Positions 1 to 9,000 of a stretch of 28,415 nt of DNA are shown piece by piece. Within the stretch, counting starts at the first letter, position 1. Every line of letters starts with the position of its first letter. Origin of the DNA: Verrucomicrobiota bacterium. Lineage in GTDB: Bacteria > Verrucomicrobiota > Verrucomicrobiia > Limisphaerales > CAIMTB01. The position numbers and the translations under genes are program-made. The notes under the pieces were generated by a model. That model was not told the origin of the DNA. It searched no databases and was given only the letters and a program-made list of their open reading frames with translations. The DNA lies in assembly GCA_038328885.1 (NCBI GenBank), contig JBBQML010000001.1, positions 1-28,415 on the forward strand. The letters run 5' to 3'.

Positions 1-2112
1 GCCGAGTCCACCCGCCTGCTGCTGGCGGCCGGGGCCGATCCCAACGCGGACTCCGACCGCCGGGGAGTGCCGGTCGGACGCGCCCTGGCATTCAATCCGG
101 CCATGGGGACGACGTTGTCCGCCGGCGGTCGGCTGACCCCGAGTTTCGCCCCCGACCAGGCCGGCACCTTGAGGGCGCTGTTGGCGGCGGGCGCGGATCT
201 CTTCCGCTCCACAGACCGAAGTGGAACAACCACGCTGGCGGACTATCTGCCCGGGTGGCCCGGGCCTCTCCTCGAACTGGTGTTGACCAATGCCCTCCCT
301 GCGGCCCAGCACAGTCCGCGGGGCGATACGCTGCTGCACGTGGCGGCGGCCACGGGAACCACCAACGCCATCGCCGTCCTCCTCGGTCGTGGACCGTCCG
401 CGAACGTCACCAACGGCCTGGGGCTCACGCCGCTTCAGGCGGTGGCGCGGCAGCGCGTGGGCGAACCTCGGAGCGAGTTCGGTGAGTTCTGGGCGCCGGG
501 ATGGCGACCGCTGCATTTTTGCGGACGGCTTCCCGCTCCGGTCCGGTCGGCCGTCGCCGCGCAACTCCTGGCCGCCGGTGCCCGTCGGGACGTGTTCTCG
601 GCCGCTGGCCTGGCGGACCTGCGGACGCTGGAGGTCTTGGTGGACGGCGACCCGGGTTTGCTGCGGGCCCGGGATTCGCGTCAGCGCACGCCGTTGCACT
701 GGGCGGTACAGGGGGGCGATCCCCTCGCGGTGGAATGGTGCGTGCGCCGTGGGGCGGACCTGGCTGCGGCGGATGTCGACGGCAACACGCCACTGCACCT
801 GGCGCTCACCTGGTGGCCCAGTGATCCGGCGAGATCGCTGATCGCGGCCGGGGCTCCGCTCGGCCTCACCAATCGCGCGGGGTTCACGCCTCTCGCCCTG
901 GCGGCGTACGCACCGGGCGCGGTGGAGTTGCTCCTGGCCAAGGGGGCCGCCGCGGAGCCGCCGCAGGGTGCCCTCCCGCTGGTGCAGGCTGCGCGTCTCG
1001 TGGACGAGGGATGGCGATTGCCGCTGCCCCCGCGGGGGATGCCGGTGGTCCTTGCCCGTTTCCCGGTCGCCTTCGAGTCGGTCCAGCGGTTGCTTGCCGC
1101 CGGAGCACACCCGGCCACGCGGGACCCGGAAGGCATGGCGGCCTTCGAGGTCGCCATGAAAATCGGGGCGCTCAACCTGGTCGAGCTGTTCGTGGCGAAG
1201 GGCGCCGACCCGAACGCGGTGGATCTGGCGGGCAACCCGGCTTGGATGGACCTCCTGCGTCGGGGTTCGCAGCAGCGCTATCTCACGGGCGAGTCCTGGC
1301 GCTACCGCTTCGCTCAGTATCTCCCCGCCGCGGTGAAGGCATCGCTGCAGACCCTCGGGGCCATGCCCGATCCACCCCGGGAGGTGAGTCTCCCCGTCCT
1401 GCCGTTTCTCACCCGCCTCGGGGTGCACCTCCAGGCGACCAATGCCGCCGGCCGGAACGCCCTGCACGCGTTGGCCCTCGCGCCGCCGAGGACCGCGGAC
1501 GGCACGGCCGACCTGTCGTGGATGATGTTCGGCGCGTCGACCCTGGCGAGTGACCCGCAGGGCGCGATGATCGAGGAACTGAAGCAGGCCGGGGTCCGGG
1601 TGGACGCCCGGGACCGCGAGGGCAACACCCCGTTCCTGCTCGCGTGGAGCCGGCACTCGATCGCGCTGGCCTGCTCGTTGGCTCGCGCCGGGGCGGACGT
1701 GCGAGCCACCAATGCCGCCGGGGCTTCCGCCCTTCACCTGGCCAGCAGCTACTCCGACCCCCGGAATCCCCTCATCGGCCCGTACGTTTTTTACCTCGGC
1801 TCGCTGGGCCTCGACCCGAATGCGCCGGATACGCAGGGCCGCACCCCGCTCCATTTCGCGGTGCACACCAACACGCTCGACAACGCCGCCCTCTATATCG
1901 CCGCCCTCGACCTGCTCGAACTGGGGGCCGATTCCCGGGCCGCCGATCGCAACGGGGTCACGCCGCTGCAGTTGGCCGAGGAATGGAAATGCCGGGGCAT
2001 TCTGGAGGCGCTGCGCCGACCGCGTGGGGTTCCACCCTACCGGAACCCATTCTTCGGCCCGGGCGGCGTCGGTCTGCAGGGCGCCCCGAGCCCTCCGCCC
2101 TCCGGCCGCTGA
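1..2112 (+). CDS. Ankyrin-repeat protein, 5'-truncated by the window edge
   Basis: Frame is open from base 1 (AESTRLLLAAGADPNA...). At least 10 ankyrin-type motifs: GDTLLHVAA, GLTPLQAVA, QRTPLHWAV, GNTPLHLAL, GFTPLALAA, GRNALHALA, GNTPFLLAW, GASALHLAS, GRTPLHFAV, GVTPLQLAE. Stop TGA at 2110-2112. Confidence 0.9.
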   Translation, partial: AESTRLLLAAGADPNADSDRRGVPVGRALAFNPAMGTTLSAGGRLTPSFAPDQAGTLRALLAAGADLFRSTDRSGTTTLADYLPGWPGPLLELVLTNALPAAQHSPRGDTLLHVAAATGTTNAIAVLLGRGPSANVTNGLGLTPLQAVARQRVGEPRSEFGEFWAPGWRPLHFCGRLPAPVRSAVAAQLLAAGARRDVFSAAGLADLRTLEVLVDGDPGLLRARDSRQRTPLHWAVQGGDPLAVEWCVRRGADLAAADVDGNTPLHLALTWWPSDPARSLIAAGAPLGLTNRAGFTPLALAAYAPGAVELLLAKGAAAEPPQGALPLVQAARLVDEGWRLPLPPRGMPVVLARFPVAFESVQRLLAAGAHPATRDPEGMAAFEVAMKIGALNLVELFVAKGADPNAVDLAGNPAWMDLLRRGSQQRYLTGESWRYRFAQYLPAAVKASLQTLGAMPDPPREVSLPVLPFLTRLGVHLQATNAAGRNALHALALAPPRTADGTADLSWMMFGASTLASDPQGAMIEELKQAGVRVDARDREGNTPFLLAWSRHSIALACSLARAGADVRATNAAGASALHLASSYSDPRNPLIGPYVFYLGSLGLDPNAPDTQGRTPLHFAVHTNTLDNAALYIAALDLLELGADSRAADRNGVTPLQLAEEWKCRGILEALRRPRGVPPYRNPFFGPGGVGLQGAPSPPPSGR

Positions 2113-2167
2113 GGTTCAGTACCCCGCCGGCTGAGCATTTCGGGATGGGGGGTGTCTAGTCCCGGTC

Positions 2168-2810
2168 ATGCGTCGTCACCTGTTGGCCGTGTGCGTGCTC
2201 CTCGGTTTGGGAGCGATGGTGGCGGCCTGGACTCCCGTCGCCGCCGGGGCGATCCCCGCCGCGCTGGTGGCTCTCTCGGAGTTGCAGGCCGGGCGCCTCC
2301 TCGAGTGGCGCCTGGAGGGGGTTCCGGTCGTGACCAATTCCTTCGACCCCGCGGTGATCCGGGTGGACGTGGAGGTGACCGAACCCGCGGGGCGTCGGCG
2401 GTCCATTCCCGCTTTCTGGTGCCGGCCTTACCGGCGGGCGCTGGTGCAGGGGAGCGAGATGCTGACGGCCACCGGGGCGGTGAATGGCGTCTGCGCTTCC
2501 TCGGTGCCGAGGCAGGTCTCCAGACCATGCGCCTGATGGTCAGCCTTCAGGACGAACCCGCCCGCGTGCTGGTCGAGACCAACTTCGTCCTCGCCGCGGC
2601 AGCCACGCCCTTCCGCGGCTTCGCCCGGGTCGCACCGGGTCGCCAGTTCTTCGAGACCGCCGATCAAACGCCGCTGCCACTGGTGGGGGCCGACAACTTT
2701 GCGGTGTACCACTCCTACGCCGAGTCCGCCCCTGCCCGACGCCTCGCCGCGGTCACGCAGTCCATGCGCGCGCGCTATGGCAAGCCGGTCCTCGTGGGTG
2801 AGGCGGGCGT
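2168..2810 (+). pseudogene. Disrupted DUF5060-domain / GH5-like secreted glycoside hydrolase remnant
   Basis: Signal peptide, then NSFDPAVIRVDVEVTEPAGRRRSIPAFW (DUF5060-like). The match continues in a different frame as GEWRLRF...FFETADQTPLPLVGA; one extra G in the GGGG run at 2474-2477 would join the frames. It then jumps directly to FAVYHSY...RYGKPVLVGEAG, which I recall as the C-terminal end of the TIM barrel. Confidence 0.65.
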
Positions 2811-3327
2811 TGCTTCCCCCCGCCCTCCGGAAGCGGGTGGCGTGTCCTGTGGAGTGCGCCGAGGAGCCTCGCGAGGCGGCGCTTTGGTATCCGGTCACCG
2901 ACCACTCGTGGAGGCACCGGGCTTCTGCCGGACTGGAACGGACTCGTTGGTAACCTTCGGTGCCCCGGTCCCGTCTGCAGGGACACTTCGCGATCGCCTG
3001 GGCGGATGTTCTTCCCAGGCCAACCCGCGGCAACGAGGACAGGAGATTACTGATGAACAGGTGAAGAAGTGGGAGACCCTCCAGGCCGAGAACCGGAATC
3101 GTGGGCAGGACCGCGGCCGGGGCGCGGGTGGTGGAGGTGGTGCCGGTGGTTCAGGCGGTGGCGCGGGCGCCAACCGGAGGAACTGACGAGCGCTCGGGGG
3201 AGATCGGTCGGTTGCCGCGAGTCGCGGCGCGTTGAAGGAGTGGTGGGCGGGGGACCGGGCAACCGGGCTCCCGCCCTGATTTTTTGGTTACCCGCCCACC
3301 CCGGCTCAGGTCATTCTCGCCGCGCGC

Positions 3328-5067
3328 ATGAAGAAGAAGACGAAGTCGCCGGCCAAGTCGGCTCACGCCCAGCCCTCCTCCTCCCATTCCCTCGAACGTG
3401 TCTGGTCATCCACGGTGGTCGACGGCGCCGAACGTGCCGCCAGCCGGGCCATGCTGCACGCTGTGGGATTCAGTCGGGATGACTTCCGGAAGTCCCAGGT
3501 GGGGGTCTGCTCCACGTGGAGCCAGGTCACCCCCTGCAACATCCACATCGACCAACTCGCGGTCCACGTGGCGACCGGCATCAACGAGGCCGGGGGCAAA
3601 TCGGTCGTCTTCAACACCATCACCATCTCGGACGGCATCTCCATGGGGACCGAGGGGATGAAGTACTCGCTGGTGTCACGCGAGGTGATCGCGGATTCCA
3701 TCGAGACCGTGGTCGGCTGCGAGGGTTTCGACGGGTTCGTGGCCATTGGGGGTTGCGACAAGAACATGCCCGGCTGCCTGATCGCCATGGCGCGGTTGAA
3801 CCGCCCGGCGGTGTTTGTCTACGGCGGCACGATCCTCCCGGGCGAACACGAGGGTCGCGCGGTGGATATCGTGTCCTGCTTCGAAGCCGTGGGTCAGCAC
3901 GCCGCTGGCAAACTGGGTGATGAGCAGTTGGCCGCCCTGGAGGCGGTGGCGATCCCGGGCGCCGGCGCGTGCGGCGGCATGTACACGGCCAACACCATGG
4001 CCAGCGCCATCGAGGCCCTGGGCATGAGCCTTCCCAACAGCTCCGCGCAGACGGCGATCGGCGAGGACAAGAAGCTCGACTGCGAGCAGGCCGGCGCGGC
4101 GGTGCTCCAGCTCATCCGGTTGGGGATCCGCCCCCGCGACATCCTGACCAGGAAAGCCTTCGAGAACGCGATCACTCTGGTGATGGCGCTGGGCGGTTCG
4201 ACCAACGCCGTGTTGCACCTGCTGGCCATGGCGAACGCGGCGGGCGTGAAGCTCACTCTCGACGACTTCACCCGCATCGGCCGCCGCACGCCCGTGCTCG
4301 CGGACCTCAAGCCCAGTGGCAAGTACGTGATGGCCGAGTTGGTCAAGATCGGTGGCACCGTGCCCCTGATGAAGCAGTTGCTGGACCGCGGCCTGTTCCA
4401 TGGCGACTGCCTGACGGTGACCGGCAAGACCATGGCCGAGAACCTGAAGAATGCGCCCGCCTATCCGGCCGGCCAGGACGTGGTGCGGGGTTGGGACAAC
4501 CCCATCAAGAAGACGGGTCACCTGGTGATCCTGCGTGGCAACCTCGCGCCAGAGGGGGCGGTGGCGAAGATCAGTGGGAAAGAGGGCCTCCAGTTCGAGG
4601 GCCGCGCGCTCTGCTTCGATTCCGAGGAGAAAGCGCTCCAGGCGATCCTGAACGGCAAGGTCAAGAAAGGGCACGTGATCGTGATCCGTCACGAGGGCCC
4701 CAAGGGCGGGCCGGGCATGCGCGAGATGCTCTCACCCACGAGTGCCATCATGGGCAAGGGCCTGGGCAAGGACGTGGCGCTGATCACCGACGGCCGGTTC
4801 TCCGGGGGCTCGCACGGGTTCGTGATCGGTCATGTCACCCCCGAGGCCTTCGAAGGAGGGCCGATCGCGGTGGTGAAGAATGGGGACCCGATTCTCATCG
4901 ATGCCGAGACCCGGACCCTGACGCTCGACATTCCCGCGAAGGAGTTGAAGGCCCGGCTGAAGGCGTGGAAGCAGCCGAAGCCTCGTTACACGCGCGGGGT
5001 GCTGGCGAAGTACGCCGCGACGGTCACATCCGCCAGCCTCGGCGCCGTGACGGATCTGGACCTGTAA
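3328..5067 (+). CDS. ilvD: Dihydroxy-acid dehydratase
   Basis: 579 aa with IlvD/Edd motifs: PCNIH, SDGISMGTEGMKYSLVSRE, GGCDKNMPG, GACGGMYTANTM, GGSTNAVLHL, GPKGGPGMREML, TDGRFSGG, GHVTPEA. Confidence 0.98.
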   Translation: MKKKTKSPAKSAHAQPSSSHSLERVWSSTVVDGAERAASRAMLHAVGFSRDDFRKSQVGVCSTWSQVTPCNIHIDQLAVHVATGINEAGGKSVVFNTITISDGISMGTEGMKYSLVSREVIADSIETVVGCEGFDGFVAIGGCDKNMPGCLIAMARLNRPAVFVYGGTILPGEHEGRAVDIVSCFEAVGQHAAGKLGDEQLAALEAVAIPGAGACGGMYTANTMASAIEALGMSLPNSSAQTAIGEDKKLDCEQAGAAVLQLIRLGIRPRDILTRKAFENAITLVMALGGSTNAVLHLLAMANAAGVKLTLDDFTRIGRRTPVLADLKPSGKYVMAELVKIGGTVPLMKQLLDRGLFHGDCLTVTGKTMAENLKNAPAYPAGQDVVRGWDNPIKKTGHLVILRGNLAPEGAVAKISGKEGLQFEGRALCFDSEEKALQAILNGKVKKGHVIVIRHEGPKGGPGMREMLSPTSAIMGKGLGKDVALITDGRFSGGSHGFVIGHVTPEAFEGGPIAVVKNGDPILIDAETRTLTLDIPAKELKARLKAWKQPKPRYTRGVLAKYAATVTSASLGAVTDLDL

Positions 5068-5117
5068 GAGCCGGGAGGGCTCCCCGACGCCGGTTTTTGG
5101 CCATCCAGTCTGGGGAG

Positions 5118-5140
5118 ACGTCGGCGCCAGCCGCCGACGT
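5118..5140. repeat. GC-rich hairpin (REP-like or terminator-like) downstream of ilvD
   Basis: ACGTCGGCG-CCAGC-CGCCGACGT, a perfect 9-bp stem with a 5-nt loop, followed by TT. Three tandem TGCCGATC octamers lie nearby at 5188-5211. Confidence 0.45.
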
Positions 5141-5329
5141 TTGGGCGGGTTCTCCGGCCTGGGCGCAAGCGGGGCGTTCGAGGCTGGTGCCGATCTGCCG
5201 ATCTGCCGATCACGCCGGTCCCGTCCGCCCATCCCGGAAGCCGCGGCTCGGGACCGTTGTCGCAGTGATCAAACTCAAGAACCGACTCCCTGCGACCCCT
5301 TTCCCCCTTTCTTGAGGCCCTGGCGTGCG

Positions 5330-5358
5330 TTGACACATGATGCCTGAACATCATGATG
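5330..5358 (+). promoter_or_regulatory. Sigma70-type promoter with overlapping inverted-repeat operator for vapBC
   Basis: TTGACA (5330-5335), 16 nt, CATGAT (5352-5357), 6 nt, GTG start. Inverted repeat CATGATG-N6-CATCATG (5336-5355) and perfect palindrome CATCATGATG (5349-5358). Confidence 0.75.
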
Positions 5359-5363
5359 CCCGC

Positions 5364-5609
5364 GTGCGAACCACACTGACGCTCGATCCGGATATCGCCG
5401 CCAAAGCGAAGCGGAGCGCAGCCAGGCTGCACAAACCCTTCAAGGAGGTGATCAATGCGGCACTTCGGGTGGGGCTTGACGCCATCCTCGCGCCGCCCGC
5501 CGCGAGGCCTTACCACACGAAGCCACGGCCGCTGGGGCTGCGCGGGGGGTTCAGTTACGACAATATCTCGGAACTGATCGCCGCCGCCGAGGGAGAGGAT
5601 CACCCGTGA
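5364..5609 (+). CDS. vapB: Type II antitoxin, VapB-like with an N-terminal ribbon-helix-helix-like region
   Basis: 81 aa from GTG: MRTTLTLDPDIAAKAKR...FKEVINAALRVGL. Its stop overlaps the start of a PIN-domain gene (GTGA, 5606-5609). Confidence 0.85.
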   Translation: MRTTLTLDPDIAAKAKRSAARLHKPFKEVINAALRVGLDAILAPPAARPYHTKPRPLGLRGGFSYDNISELIAAAEGEDHP

Positions 5610-6037
5610 TCCTGGTCGACGCGAATCTCCTGCTTTATGCGGAGGACAGCCTGTCGGACCACCACGAAGCCGCCCGGACCTGGTGGGATGCCCAACTCAG
5701 CGGTTCCGCCCCCGTGGCTCTCTGCTGGCCCGTGTTGAACGCTTTCATACGCATCGGCACCAACGCCCGACTGCATCAGCGGCCGCTCACGCTGAAGGAG
5801 GCTGCCGAGCGCGTGCAGAGCTGGTTCGAACAGTCTTGCGTCCTCATCATTCAACCGACCGAGGAGCACTGGAGCCTCTTCCAGCAGATGCTCCGCAGCG
5901 GGAATGCCGTGGGCAATCTCGTCTCGGACGCGCATCTCGCGGCGCTGGCGGTGGAGCACAACGCCGTCCTTCATTCCACCGACGCCGATTTCTCGCGTTT
6001 CCGCGGGCTCAAGTGGAAGAACCCGGTCGCGGGTTGA
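5606..6037 (+). CDS. vapC: PIN-domain toxin, VapC family
   Basis: 143 aa with PIN motifs MILVDANLLLYA...GNLVSDAHLAALAVEH...LHSTDADFSRF. Translationally coupled to the upstream small gene. Confidence 0.93.
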   Translation: MILVDANLLLYAEDSLSDHHEAARTWWDAQLSGSAPVALCWPVLNAFIRIGTNARLHQRPLTLKEAAERVQSWFEQSCVLIIQPTEEHWSLFQQMLRSGNAVGNLVSDAHLAALAVEHNAVLHSTDADFSRFRGLKWKNPVAG

Positions 6038-9000
6038 ACCGCTGGGAGCGCCTCGAAGCGGACTCCGCGGCACCCGGGCTCCGGACCAGGAGCCCCCGTT
6101 CCCCCGAGAGGCCGAGTTGTCCCTCGCTCTCCAGGCGCTGCACCTGGCGCTCGACCAATGTCCGGAGCGCGGCCCCGGCGGTTCTGAAGCCCAGCAAACG
6201 CGCCACGGCTCCCGGCAACTCCTGCCGCGCCACGCCATGCGCGGCCTCCACAAGCCCCAGAATGGCTTCCCGCACCTCCGCCGGCGGCACGAACTCCGGC
6301 TTGCGGAGTGTCGCTGACTCGAGGGCGTCGCGGCGTCGCAGTCGCACCGGTTGGCCCGGGATCGCGAGGAATCCGTCCTCACGCAGGCACTGGCGCGTGG
6401 CCAGCAGGGTCCGTACGCCTCGCGCCACCGCTTCCTGCACGCGTGCGCCCGCCCGCTGCAACCCCCACACGTCCCGCACCCGGGTCACGAGTTCGTCTTC
6501 ATGCACGGGTCCTTCGATCTCCACGATCCGGACGAGCACGTCCGCCATGTCCCGCGGCGTCAGGGCCTGGGGTTCGGTGCCGGGCGGCGGCGGGAAGCAC
6601 GCCAGCGCGTAGGGCTCCACCGGCAAGGCGGGCAAACCCACCTCGGGCGCGGGTTCGTCCTCGCGGTCGATTTCGCTGGTGGTCGTGGACACAGGACCGC
6701 CGCGGGGGCCAGGGCCCGGGGGCACTCCGGCCGGGGTGGGCACTCCGGCCGGGGTGGGCGCGCCGGCGGGACCGAGTCGGGCCCGGGCGGCCTCAATGGC
6801 GGCGACCACCCGGCGCAGTTGCTCCTCCGGCCGCTGGAACCAGTCCGTGCTCCAGATCCGGTGGATGCACCACCCGTGGTCTTCGAGGACGGCCTGCCGG
6901 AGTCGATCGCGGTCCCGGGCACTGCGGGAGGCGTGGTACGCGGCGCCGTCGCACTCGATCCCAAGGACGTAGTGCCCGGGGCGATCGGGATCGACGACGC
7001 CGAGGTCGATGAAGAACCCGGCGATGCCCACCTGGGGACGGACCTCGTAGCCCTGGGCCTCCACGGCTTGGCGGACGGCTTCCTCGAACGGGGATCCTTC
7101 CTCGCGGTCGCTGGGTACGGCCAGGCCGAGACGTCCGGTTTCAGCGAAGTGGAGGAACTGCTTGAGCGCCTGGACTCCGCGGCCCGAGGCGCGCGCCAGG
7201 TCGATGTCATCGGAGCGCAGGGAGGCGAAGACCACACAGCGCCGGCGGGCCCGGGAGATGAGCACATTCAGCCGGCGTTCCCCACCCTCGGCGCCGAGCG
7301 GGCCGAAATTCATCCGCAGGTAGCCGTCGGGATCGCGGCCGTACCCGATGGAGAGGAACACCACGTCACGCTCATCGCCCTGCACATTCTCGAGGTTCTT
7401 GACGAAGAACGGCTCTTCCGGGTGCCCGTTGAAAAACCCTTCGGTGTCGGGGTGCTCGCGCCGCAGCAGCTCCAGTTCGTCCAGGATCGCCTGCTGCTGG
7501 CGCAGCGAGAAGGCGGCGACGCCCAGCGACCGGTCGGGATGCGTGCGGGCGTGGGCGAGGACCGCCTGGCAGACGGCGCGGGCTTCGACGCGATTGGTGC
7601 CGGTGCCGCCGCTGTCGAAGACCCCGTTGGGGACCGGGTGCAAGGCCAACCCGAGGTCGTCGGAGGTCGCCTTGGGACTGGGCACGATGAACAACCGGTT
7701 CTCGTAGAACTCGTGGTTGGAGACGGCGATGAGTGAATGGTGCCGGCTCCGGTAGTGCCAGCGGAGCATGGCCGAGGGCAGGCCGCGGGCGGTGCAGAGC
7801 CCGAGGATGCTCTCGAGGTCCTGTACCTGGGCCGTGCCGACCCCGCTCCCGTCGGCGAGGTCGGCGTCGTGTTCGTCCCCCGTGATGCGCGCGAAGAAGC
7901 GGGTCGGCGGCAGTTGGCGGCTGTCTCCCACCACCACGATCTGGCGGCAGCGCGCCACCGCCCCCAGGGCATCCACGGGTTGGACCTGGCTGGCCTCGTC
8001 GACGACCAGCAGGTCGAAGGACACCGCGCCCGGCGCGAGGAACTGGGCGACGGAGAGCGGGCTCATCATGAAGACCGGCTTGATGGCTTGCACCACGGAG
8101 CCGGCGTCGATCAGCAGTTGGCGCACGGGCCGGTGGCCTCGCTTACGTTCGAGTTCGCTGTTCACGATGCCCACGGCGCCGACGCCCGCCGTCGGGTCGG
8201 GCAGGTGGGCATGGTGGGTGGCGAGCACCTGGAAACGCGCCAGGGTCAGCCGCTCACGATCAAGCCGGCGGAACTCCTCAACCAAACGGCTGTGGGTCTC
8301 GCCGTCGAAGCCAGCGAGGCCCGGGTTGCGACGGGCGAACTCGCGCAGGATGCTGCCGAAGCAGGTGCGTCGAAAGGCCGCCCGGGCCCCGACGGCCGGG
8401 ACGTCGCCGGTCGCCAGGGCGCTGACGAGCGGCTCGAGTCCGAGCTCGTGGGCCTGCTCGACGCGGGCGAAGTACTGGGTCCAGATCGACAGCGATCCGG
8501 GATCACGCCGCCACTCCGCCAGTCGGGAGTCGAGCTCGACCCAGTTCACCTGGGCGGCGTCGGGGACGCCGAAGGCGGCGGGGACATCGAGGGCCAGATC
8601 GGTGGTAAAGAGCCGCTGCAGCGGCCCCTGGGCGGCAGCCAGCATCTGCTCGAGCTGCTGGCCGGCGAGGCCGGCCTGGGCCGGGTCGGGCACCGCGGCG
8701 AACTGTTGGCGGAAGCCCCGATCGAGGCCCGCCGCCTGCTGCGCCTGGACCCAGGCCACGATTCCGTCGAGGCGGGCCCAGTCCGACTGCTCGCCGCGCC
8801 AGGCGGTGCCGAACGCCTCGGTGCCGAGGGCGCCGCCGGCCTGCACCCGGCGAAGGGCGGCCTGGCCAGCCAGCAGCGGGTCGAGGAGCGCAAGACGCGC
8901 CTCGTGGGCCCGGGGCGGATCGCCCTTGAGAACCCCGCGCCACGTCGCCATGGCACGGCGAAACCCGCCGTTGAGGAACCTCAGCCAGGAACGTCCGTGG

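Noticed and set aside
5068-5100. Intrinsic terminator right after ilvD
   Set aside because: A T5 run is present, but the preceding stem is short and ambiguous, so it is not called.
6721-6756. 18-bp perfect tandem repeat inside the helicase gene
   Set aside because: An in-frame duplication in a Pro/Gly linker (PTPAGV x2) between the nuclease and DUF3320-like domains; ordinary linker expansion.
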